DNA of 24,000 bases, from NCBI GenBank assembly GCA_963797095.1, contig CAWCNY010000007.1:48284-72283 (forward strand), written 5' to 3'. Position 1 is the first letter of the stretch; each line of letters begins with the position of its first letter. The notes under the pieces were generated by a model. The model was not told where the DNA came from. It did no database searches and saw only the letters and a list, made by a program, of their open reading frames with translations. The DNA comes from an uncultured Chloroflexia bacterium. Lineage in GTDB: Bacteria > Chloroflexota > Chloroflexia > QHBQ01 > JADMIH01. Made by a program: the position numbers and the translations under genes. Of this stretch, positions 8,572-15,218 are shown piece after piece.

Positions 8572-8606
8572 CCATTGGTTGATGTGCGCTTCATTGCGCA
8601 CAATGG
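8572..8606 (-). promoter_or_regulatory. Imperfect palindrome in the hppD 5' UTR that abuts the RBS (operator or translational hairpin)
   Basis: TGTGCGC (8583-8589) and GCGCACA (8596-8602) are separated by a 6-nt spacer. They are flanked by CCATTG (8572-8577) and CAATGG (8601-8606). The outer arm overlaps the GGAGG on the minus strand. Confidence 0.3.
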
Positions 8607-8626
8607 CTGGATTTAAGGACACTCCT

Positions 8627-8656
8627 ATTCTAGCACCACGAGGGGTAAATAGCCAA
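8627..8656 (-). promoter_or_regulatory. Candidate sigma-70 promoter for the hppD operon
   Basis: Minus strand: TTGGCT, 18 nt, TAGAAT, with TGC immediately upstream of the -10 hexamer. Confidence 0.35.
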
Positions 8657-8676
8657 CAAAAGTATGATGTAGGCGT

Positions 8677-8880
8677 TCAGACTTGGGGTGGAGGGATCTC
8701 GCTTGATTGAAAACCAAGACCCACCCCCAGCCCTTCCCACGTATGGGAGGGGAGAAGTAAATAGTGGGGGAAGAGTTGGGGGACACCCCCAAGTCCCCCG
8801 TCATGGGGCTTCGCCCCCTGCACCCCCTTTACCCCAAATTGGAGCGCGGTTTTGTGAAAGTAGCGTGGTTCTCCCCTCAC
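8677..8880. repeat. G-run / C-run rich structured intergenic element
   Basis: Several short GC hairpins are visible. Examples are CCCTTCCCA-cgta-TGGGAGGGG (8731-8752), GGGGGAC-acccccaa-GTCCCCC and GGGGC-ttc-GCCCC (8805-8817). Both track ORFs here translate to low-complexity Gly/Pro strings. Confidence 0.4.
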
Positions 8881-8948
8881 ATCCTAAATGACCTTGGTGG
8901 GACAAAACAGGACAGGTTTTAGGGTGTGCTTTGGTACAGTTTTTTCGG

Positions 8949-8977
8949 TTGACTGGGTTGGGCTAATGCCTTATAAC
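8949..8977 (+). promoter_or_regulatory. Candidate sigma-70 promoter for the GrpB-peptidase operon
   Basis: TTGACT (8949-8954), 17 nt, TATAAC (8972-8977), about 35 nt upstream of ATG 9011. Confidence 0.45.
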
Positions 8978-9010
8978 GGTCGTCAGGCGCTATTTTCTGG
9001 GGCTAGAAGT

Positions 9011-9586
9011 ATGATAAGCAAGAGGCGTATCGAGATCGTGGAATACGACCCGACATGGCCCGACACATTCGAAGAGCTCAAGGATGTGATTGAGAGGGCG
9101 GTGGGCGACCTGGCGCTGCGGATCGAGCACGTGGGAAGCACCTCGGTGCCAGGGCTGAGCGCCAAGCCGGTCATCGACCTGGATGTGGTGATGCCATCTT
9201 ATGAAGCGCTGCCGGAAATAGTGGCCCGCCTCAGTACGCTGGGGTATATGCACGAGGGCGACCTGGGCATCAAGGGGCGCGAGGCTTTCGCGCGCGAAGG
9301 GAGAGACGTGCCGCGAGATGGCCGGGGCGGCGAGTGGCCGAGCCACCATCTTTATGTATGCCCGCCGGATGGTGAAGGATTGATAAGGCACCTGGCGTTT
9401 CGGGACTACATGCGGTCACACCCGGAAGAGGTCGCGGCTTATGAAGCGGTGAAGCGACGCCTGGCCGAGCAGTATCCCTACGACGCGGAAGCGTATACGG
9501 AAGGCAAGACGGAGTACATCGAGGGGATATTGAGGCGGGCCGGCGTGGAGTTGGACCAAGCAGATAGAGGAGGGCAAGACAAATGA
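9011..9586 (+). CDS. GrpB family protein (UPF0157)
   Basis: IEIVEYDPTWPDTFEELK...IEHVGSTSVPGLSAKPVIDLDVV...HHLYVC...LAFRDYMRSHPEEVAAYEAVKRRLA is typical of GrpB. I placed the start at ATG 9011 (MISKRR). The stop overlaps the next start in an ATGA at 9583-9586. Confidence 0.85.
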   Translation: MISKRRIEIVEYDPTWPDTFEELKDVIERAVGDLALRIEHVGSTSVPGLSAKPVIDLDVVMPSYEALPEIVARLSTLGYMHEGDLGIKGREAFAREGRDVPRDGRGGEWPSHHLYVCPPDGEGLIRHLAFRDYMRSHPEEVAAYEAVKRRLAEQYPYDAEAYTEGKTEYIEGILRRAGVELDQADRGGQDK

Positions 9587-10971
9587 ACGCAACAGAGAAT
9601 ACGGAACTTACAGGGGATCAGCAGAAGTACCTGGGCGAGCTTAGCGAGTTCCTGAGAATACCGTCCGTGAGCACGCTCACAACGCATAAGGGTGATGTGA
9701 GGCGAGCAGCCGAGTGGGTGGCGAACAACCTGCGAAAATCTGGGATTGAGAACGTGCGCCTGATAGAGACGGAAAGCCCAATGGGCCACCCGCTGGTGTA
9801 CGGCGACTGGCTGCACGCCGATGGGCATGGGCAGCCGACAGTCCTAATTTATGGGCATTTCGATGTGCAGCCTCCCGACCCGCTGAACGAATGGAAATCG
9901 CCGCCGTTCGAGCCGACACTAAGGGATGGGAACCTGTTCGCCAGGGGGTCGGCGGACGATAAGGGGCAGCTTTATTGCCACTTGAAGGCGGTAGAGAGAC
10001 TGATGCAGGAGGGGGGCGGGAAACTCCCCGTGAACGTGCGCTTCTTGATCGAGGGGGAGGAAGAGGTTGGGGGCGAAGGCATTGAAGATTATGTAAAGCA
10101 GCATCCCGGTGAATTGACGTGCGATGCCGTGCTGATCAGCGACAATTCGATGTTCTCAGATGGGTTGCCCGCGCTGGATGTGGGGTTGAGGGGGATGGTG
10201 TACACGGAGATCACGGTAAGGGGGGCCGAGCACGACCTACATTCGGGGATGTACGGCGGAGTGGCTCCCAACGCGATCAATGTGTTGTGCCATATCATCG
10301 CGCAGTTGAAGGACCTGGACGGGGTGATACAGGTGCCGGGTTACTACGACGACGTGCAGGAACTGACCGCCGAGCAACGGGCAAGCTGGGGCGCGCTGCC
10401 TTTCGATGAGGAGGAGTTGCGCACGCACGAGATAGGGGCGAAGGCTCTGGCGGGCGAGACTGGGTATTCGGCGCTGGAGAGGATTTGGGCAAGGCCCACC
10501 CTCGATGCGAACGGCATTATCGGGGGTTTCACAGGCGAGGGCGCGAAGACGGTGATCCCGGCAGTGGCGAAGGGCAAGGTGAGCATGAGACTGGTGCCGA
10601 ACCAGGACCCGAACAAGATTTGGGCGAGTTTCAAGGAGTACGTGGAGAGCCTTTGCCCATCTTATGCCGAGGTAGATGTGCAGTACATACATGGAGCAGA
10701 TCCGGTGCTGCTGCCGACCAACTCGGTCTATATGAAGGCCGCTGTGGAGGCATTGAGAGAGGTGTTCGGGAAGGAGCCTGTGCTGATGCGGTCTGGTGGG
10801 TCCATACCAATCGTGTCACTGTTCAGCAGTGTGCTGAACGCCCCAAGCGTCCTGATGGGCTTCGGGCTGCCCGACGACAACCTCCACGCGCCGAATGAGA
10901 AGATGAAGCTGGCGAATGTGTTTGGGGGGATCGAGGCGTCGGTGCGGTATTTGAAGCTGCTTCGCCGGTAG
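9583..10971 (+). CDS. M20 family metallopeptidase (dipeptidase-like)
   Basis: LIYGHFDVQPPDPLNEWKSPPFEPTLRDGNLFARGSADDKGQ and FLIEGEEEVGG carry the M20 metal-binding and catalytic motifs. The TAG stop (10969-10971) lies inside the first unit of the following heptamer array. Confidence 0.85.
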   Translation: MNATENTELTGDQQKYLGELSEFLRIPSVSTLTTHKGDVRRAAEWVANNLRKSGIENVRLIETESPMGHPLVYGDWLHADGHGQPTVLIYGHFDVQPPDPLNEWKSPPFEPTLRDGNLFARGSADDKGQLYCHLKAVERLMQEGGGKLPVNVRFLIEGEEEVGGEGIEDYVKQHPGELTCDAVLISDNSMFSDGLPALDVGLRGMVYTEITVRGAEHDLHSGMYGGVAPNAINVLCHIIAQLKDLDGVIQVPGYYDDVQELTAEQRASWGALPFDEEELRTHEIGAKALAGETGYSALERIWARPTLDANGIIGGFTGEGAKTVIPAVAKGKVSMRLVPNQDPNKIWASFKEYVESLCPSYAEVDVQYIHGADPVLLPTNSVYMKAAVEALREVFGKEPVLMRSGGSIPIVSLFSSVLNAPSVLMGFGLPDDNLHAPNEKMKLANVFGGIEASVRYLKLLRR

Positions 10972-10996
10972 CCGGTAGCCGGTAGCCGGTAGCCGG
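10964..10996. repeat. Heptamer array (GCCGGTA)x4 plus a partial unit; left arm of a 30-bp inverted repeat
   Basis: Read directly. 10967-10996 is ggtagccggtagccggtagccggtagccgg. Confidence 0.95.
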
Positions 10997-11037
10997 AGGA
11001 CGATGGAGCATGATTGTGATTATTTGAGGAGGCACTG

Positions 11038-11493
11038 ATGGCTGGACAAACTTATAGAGATTTGGAAGTTTGGCAGAAAAGTATGGACCTCGTAGTGCAG
11101 ATATATGAGGTATCCAAACTGTTCCCTAAAGATGAGCAATTCGGGTTGACAAACCAGATCCGTCGGGCCGCTGTGTCTATACCGGCAAACATTGCAGAAG
11201 GGCAGGGAAGATTGCACGAAGGGGATTTCGTTCGCTTTCTTTCGATTGCTGGAGGCTCACTTACTGAAACTGAAACACATCTATTGATCGCAATTCGCTT
11301 AACTTGTGTTAGGAAGGAACAGGTCAGGAAAGCCTGGGAACTGGCACAGCAGGTAGGCCATATGCTGAACGGCCTTATCAGAAGTAAGAGAAGCTATATC
11401 GAAGGTAATGGCAAAATCTCGGAAACCGCCGCACCATCTAGGAGCGATCACGATCCTGACCAGGAATACCCTCTATCCGGTAGCGACCTGTGA
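11038..11493 (+). CDS. Four-helix-bundle protein (23S rRNA intervening-sequence protein / Avd-like family) with a ~30-aa C-terminal tail
   Basis: YRDLEVWQKSMDLVVQIYEVSKLFPKDEQFGLTNQIRRAAVSIPANIAEGQGR...FLSIAGGSLTETETHLLIA is the family signature as I know it (PF05635 / TIGR02436). GAGGAGG lies at 11026-11032. The stop overlaps the next start in a GTGA. Confidence 0.9.
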   Translation: MAGQTYRDLEVWQKSMDLVVQIYEVSKLFPKDEQFGLTNQIRRAAVSIPANIAEGQGRLHEGDFVRFLSIAGGSLTETETHLLIAIRLTCVRKEQVRKAWELAQQVGHMLNGLIRSKRSYIEGNGKISETAAPSRSDHDPDQEYPLSGSDL

Positions 11494-12668
11494 AACCGGC
11501 TACCGGCTACCGGCTACCGGCTACCAGTCCCCTGGCGGGCATCCTCGTCGCCGACTTCTCTCGCGTGCTGGCGGGGCCTTACTGCACTATGATGATGGGC
11601 GATTTGGGGGCAGACGTTATCAAAGTGGAGTCGCCTGAGGGGGATGATACGCGCAAGTGGGGGCCGCCTTACCAGGGAGGCGAGTCGGCTTATTATTTGG
11701 CGTGCAACAGGAACAAGCGAAGTGTGGTGCTGGACCTGAGGAGTGCACAAGGACTCGGGTGGGCGCGCAGGCTGGCCTTGCGGAGCGATGTGCTGGTCGA
11801 GAACTTCCGGCTGGGGGCAATGGAAGAGTGGGGGCTGGGGCACGAACAGCTAGCGAAAGAGAACCCAGGGTTGATCTACTGCTCTATTTCGGGTTACGGG
11901 CGCACGGGGCCGAACGCCGACCTGCCCGGATACGATTATGTGATCCAGGGAGCGGGCGGGATCATGAGCATCACGGGGGAGGCAGATGGGCCACCCATGA
12001 AGATTGGCGTGGCAATCGTGGACCTGACGGCGGGGATGTTCGCGCTTTCGAGTATCCTGGCGGCGTTGCGGGTGCGGGACGCGACAGGCAAGGGGCAGAA
12101 GATAGACATCTCGCTGTTCGATTCGCACCTGGCCTGGCTCGCCAATGTAGGGGGCGGTTATTTGGTGTCGGGGGAGACGCCTGGGAGATATGGCAGCGGA
12201 CACGCCAATATTGTGCCTTACCAGACGTTCCGTGCGGAGGACGGGTGGCTGGTGGTGACGGTGGGGAACGACAAGCAGTGGGCACGTATGTGCAACGCCG
12301 TGGAGAGACCCGACCTGTTGGCCGATGAGAGGTGGGCAACCAACGAAGCGCGCGTCCGCAATCGGGGGATGCTCGTTCCAATTCTGGAGGAATTGTTCGC
12401 GGGCAGAAATGTGGATGAGTGGCTGGCGCTGCTGAAAGAGTGCGAAGTGCCGGCAGGGCGCGTGAACACGGTGGGTCAGGCGCTGAACGACCCGCAGACG
12501 ATAGAACGCGGGATGGTGCAGGAGGTCGAGCACCCTGGGATCGGCCCATTGCGGATGGTGGCATCGCCGCTCCATTTGCAGGATACGCCTCCGACCATCA
12601 GGCGACACCCGCCAATGCTGGGGGAGCACACCGAGGAAGTGCTGGGGTGGTTGGCGAGTGACGAGTGA
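11490..12668 (+). CDS. CoA-transferase family III (CaiB/BaiF) protein
   Basis: PLAGILVADFSRVLAGPYCTMMMGDLGADVIKVESPEGDDTRKWGPPY and IYCSISGYG are typical of the family. GTG 11490 is the only ATG/GTG/TTG start upstream of the conserved N-terminus, so codons 2-12 (KPATGYRLPAT) are the heptamer array. The TGA stop (12666-12668) lies inside the next array. Confidence 0.8.
   Translation: MKPATGYRLPATSPLAGILVADFSRVLAGPYCTMMMGDLGADVIKVESPEGDDTRKWGPPYQGGESAYYLACNRNKRSVVLDLRSAQGLGWARRLALRSDVLVENFRLGAMEEWGLGHEQLAKENPGLIYCSISGYGRTGPNADLPGYDYVIQGAGGIMSITGEADGPPMKIGVAIVDLTAGMFALSSILAALRVRDATGKGQKIDISLFDSHLAWLANVGGGYLVSGETPGRYGSGHANIVPYQTFRAEDGWLVVTVGNDKQWARMCNAVERPDLLADERWATNEARVRNRGMLVPILEELFAGRNVDEWLALLKECEVPAGRVNTVGQALNDPQTIERGMVQEVEHPGIGPLRMVASPLHLQDTPPTIRRHPPMLGEHTEEVLGWLASDE
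11496..11525. repeat. Heptamer array (CCGGCTA)x4 plus CC; right arm of the 30-bp inverted repeat
   Basis: Read directly. It is the exact reverse complement of 10967-10996. Confidence 0.95.
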
Positions 12669-12686
12669 CGAGTGGCGAGTGACGAG
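12655..12686. repeat. Heptamer array (CGAGTGA)x4, one unit CGAGTGG, plus a partial unit
   Basis: Read directly. It contains the stop codon of the CoA-transferase gene. Confidence 0.9.
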
Positions 12687-12694
12687 CATTAGAT

Positions 12695-12740
12695 ACGCAG
12701 CACGCAGCACGCAGCACGCAGCACGCAGTACGCAGTACGT
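12695..12740. repeat. Heptamer array (ACGCAGC)x4 then (ACGCAGT)x2 plus a partial unit
   Basis: Read directly. It begins 8 nt after the previous array. Confidence 0.9.
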
Positions 12741-12905
12741 ACTAGAGATTGCTTGTATATGAAAAGACCTCGTGCCAGGCGGATAAATTCGATCAGGAGG
12801 GCAATCGGAAGGCGATGGTCAATTGCCCGGCGTCCTCCGGCTTTCGCCCGCCGTCCTGCGTCGGGCACGCGTCGCCCGACCCGCATCCAGAGCCTCAGGC
12901 CGCAG

Positions 12906-15218
12906 ATGGCGCAGGCTTACAGGCTTTTGCGGGCGGCATCGCGGCTGGGCGTGCCGGGGTCGCTGCCAGCGCCTCCTGAGTTACTGCCTGCCGGGGCGCG
13001 AGTGCTGGCGCAGGGGTATCTCAACAGGTTCGCGCTGCCGCTGCTTGGCGGGTGGATGCTGCCGAGATGGATGAAGGAGCAGATCGACCCTGAGAGCGAT
13101 TGGTTCGTGCCACGCAGCGTGACGAACTTGATGGCAAACCAGACGCGGCGCAACTGGACCGCGCTTGGTTTGCCGGGGCGCGAACACCCAATCGAGAGCA
13201 TTGTAGATAGGTGGGGTTTGCTAACCCCGGTGCCCGGCGGGCCGTCGCTTGATTGGTGGGTGCAGGTGGACGATGGCAAAGAGGGCAGGATGGCCGCGAG
13301 CGATGGGCGAGGGACGCTGCAAACTTTGCAGGGGGGTTTGCCCATCGTTGTTACCTCATACGAGGCAGATGGTATGCGGGTAGTGAGCGAGGCGTGGCTG
13401 CTGGCAGCGGAGGATGGGGACTGGGCTGCTATGCAGGTCGTGTTGTTCAATATCGCGGACGTGCCCTTGAGTGGAACCTTCTCGTTCGCGTTGCGGCCCT
13501 ACAACCCGGAGGGTATAGCGCCTATCTACGATATCGCATACGACGAAGCTGAGACGACCCTGGTGGCCGACGGGTATGCGGGGCCGTACACGTGGCCCGC
13601 GCCTGACGAGTGGGCTTTGTCGGGGATCGTGGGGGAGGACCTATTTGCGGGGGACGAAGGACGAAAGCCGAACGACGAAGGACGAGTGGGGGTGGCTGCG
13701 GCGCGAAGCACACATTTGCACGATGCGAAGGGCTTCGCTCATGGGGTGCTCAACTTCCGCTTTCAGATCGAGCCGTGGGAGGAGGCGGAGTACCTGGCGT
13801 TCATGCCTGTGACGGGGCGAAGGACCAAAGCCGAACGACGAAGGATGTCGCAGGTCGCGAGTTATGAGTTGAGGGAGGCGGAACGCGCTTCTGATAAGAG
13901 GAACCCCAAGACTGAAGCGCGAAACCCGAAATACTACAGCCGGGTAAAAGCTGAGACCACATTGCGGTGGCAGGAGTTGTTGGGCGGCGCGGGAAGGATG
14001 AAGATTGAGGTCCCGCACAGGGAGTTGCAGGCTTCGTGGGACGCGAACAGGGCGCATCTGCTGGCGTTGCACGACGGGCCGATCATCACGCCGGGGCCGG
14101 ACCTGTACCACAGCTTCTGGCTGCGAGACGGCGCATATATGACTTACGCGCTGTCGGCTTGCGGCTTTCGAGAGGAGGCGGCGGAGCTATTGCGGGGCTT
14201 CGCCCGGATGCAGAGGCGCGATGGGGCCTTCGTATCGCACCAGGGAGAGTGGGACGGCACAGGACAGGCATTGTGGTGCATGGCGCAGCACCTGGCGCTA
14301 TACAGTGACCGAGTGCTGGCGGCGGAGTTGAGGCCGCACGTGAGACGAGGCGGTCAATGGATCATAGAGACGCTGGCAGGATCGCCTGGAGGGTTGATGC
14401 CGCCTGGGGTGTCGTCGGAGCACCTGGGGCCACCCGATAGCTACTACTGGGACAGTATATGGTCGCTGGCGGGGCTGAGGTCGGCGGAGGCGATCACGCG
14501 CAACCCGGCGTTCGGGCGGGCGGCTGCACGCCTGCGAAGTCGGCTGGCGAGCGCATGGGCCACCGACATGGCCGCGTTGGGGCGTGAGGCGCTGGTGGGC
14601 GCGCCAGGGCGGGGGATCGATATGGGGATGGTCGGGACGCTGGCGGCGTGGTTTCCTCTGAGGCTTGTGCCCGCCGACAGCCCGCTACTGGAAGGGACAC
14701 TGGCGGCGCTAGAGGAGAAGTTGTTCTACAAGGGGGCGCTGCTGGTGAATACCGGGCATTCCGGGTGGGGGACCTATTTGAACATGAGGCTGGCTGGGTG
14801 CAGGCTGTTGCAGGGATCCCCGAAAGGGTGGGAGCTTATGAAGTGGCTGCTGGCGCATGCGTCGCCCACTTACAACTGGCCTGAGGCGATCCACCCGAAA
14901 TCGGGCGGAGGGAGCGCGGGGGATGGGCACCACGGGTGGGCATCCGCCGAGTGGCTGATGCTGGTGCGCGCTATGTTGCTGGAGGAGGGCGAGAAAAGCA
15001 TAACCCTTGCGCCTGGGGTGCCCGCCGAGTGGCTGGAGAGAGCAGGCGAGATAAAGGTTGAGGGCGCGCCCACGCGCTTTGGGACGGTCTCATACCGGAT
15101 CGAGTGGGAAGACGGCGGCCGCAATTTACAAATACGTGCAGAGCGCGAGGGAATCAGGAAGGGAGTTGCTGTGCTGTGGCGCGATCCCAGGACGGGAAAG
15201 ATTGAGACGCCCGCATGA
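12906..15218 (+). CDS. Glycoside hydrolase family 15-like protein (N-terminal beta-rich domain plus (alpha/alpha)6 domain)
   Basis: SFWLRDGAYMTYALSACGF...RDGAFVSHQGEWDGTGQALWCMAQH, YYWDSIWSLAGL and GWASAEWLMLVRAML resemble six-hairpin GH15-type glycosidases. I prefer the start at ATG 12906 (MAQAYRLL). The 51 codons upstream (12753-12905) are extremely Arg-rich with poorer third-position G+C. The start remains uncertain. Confidence 0.6.
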   Translation: MAQAYRLLRAASRLGVPGSLPAPPELLPAGARVLAQGYLNRFALPLLGGWMLPRWMKEQIDPESDWFVPRSVTNLMANQTRRNWTALGLPGREHPIESIVDRWGLLTPVPGGPSLDWWVQVDDGKEGRMAASDGRGTLQTLQGGLPIVVTSYEADGMRVVSEAWLLAAEDGDWAAMQVVLFNIADVPLSGTFSFALRPYNPEGIAPIYDIAYDEAETTLVADGYAGPYTWPAPDEWALSGIVGEDLFAGDEGRKPNDEGRVGVAAARSTHLHDAKGFAHGVLNFRFQIEPWEEAEYLAFMPVTGRRTKAERRRMSQVASYELREAERASDKRNPKTEARNPKYYSRVKAETTLRWQELLGGAGRMKIEVPHRELQASWDANRAHLLALHDGPIITPGPDLYHSFWLRDGAYMTYALSACGFREEAAELLRGFARMQRRDGAFVSHQGEWDGTGQALWCMAQHLALYSDRVLAAELRPHVRRGGQWIIETLAGSPGGLMPPGVSSEHLGPPDSYYWDSIWSLAGLRSAEAITRNPAFGRAAARLRSRLASAWATDMAALGREALVGAPGRGIDMGMVGTLAAWFPLRLVPADSPLLEGTLAALEEKLFYKGALLVNTGHSGWGTYLNMRLAGCRLLQGSPKGWELMKWLLAHASPTYNWPEAIHPKSGGGSAGDGHHGWASAEWLMLVRAMLLEEGEKSITLAPGVPAEWLERAGEIKVEGAPTRFGTVSYRIEWEDGGRNLQIRAEREGIRKGVAVLWRDPRTGKIETPA
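13653..13687 (+). repeat. Degenerate heptamer array GACGAAG GACGAAA GCCGAAC GACGAAG GACGAGT inside the GH15-like CDS (copy 1)
   Basis: Read directly. It is translated as DEGRKPNDEGRV. Confidence 0.75.
13816..13850 (+). repeat. Second copy of the same element, GGCGAAG GACCAAA GCCGAAC GACGAAG GATGTCG, inside the CDS
   Basis: Read directly. A 28-nt core (13818-13845) matches 13655-13682 with one mismatch. The offset is 163 nt, so it sits in a different reading frame and is translated as GRRTKAERRRMS. Confidence 0.75.

Larger units (their letters stand above)
10964..11525 (+). other. Hairpin-bounded single-gene cassette: inverted heptamer arrays enclosing a four-helix-bundle gene
   Basis: The 30-bp perfect inverted repeat pairs 10967-10996 with 11496-11525. 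Its 499-nt loop contains one gene with its own RBS. The interior is visibly AT-richer than the flanks. Confidence 0.55.

Noticed and set aside
8677-8891. 67-aa ORFs on both strands of the G/C-run element
   Set aside because: They are low-complexity Gly/Pro translations on both strands, lack an RBS, and overlap hairpin-forming repeats.
10964-11525. Classical IS element, MITE or integron cassette interpretation of the four-helix-bundle cassette
   Set aside because: No transposase or integrase is present, I could identify no target-site duplication, and there is no attC-like imperfect site. The terminal inverted repeats are tandem heptamers, not IS-type ends. I kept it as an unexplained cassette rather than a named mobile element.
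10964-11525. Diversity-generating retroelement, because the four-helix-bundle protein is Avd-like
   Set aside because: I found no reverse transcriptase gene, no template/variable repeat pair and no adenine-specific mismatched repeat in the window.
11850-12710. 286-aa minus-strand ORF antisense to the CoA-transferase gene, plus several other 60-220-aa ORFs there
   Set aside because: The translations are Arg/Pro/His-rich nonsense. The plus-strand frame has clear family III CoA-transferase motifs.
12753-12905. Arg-rich 51-codon N-terminal extension of the GH15-like ORF as annotated in the track
   Set aside because: The composition (about one third Arg) and weaker third-position G+C suggest non-coding sequence read in frame. 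I prefer ATG 12906. This is not proven, because 12906 has only a weak RBS.
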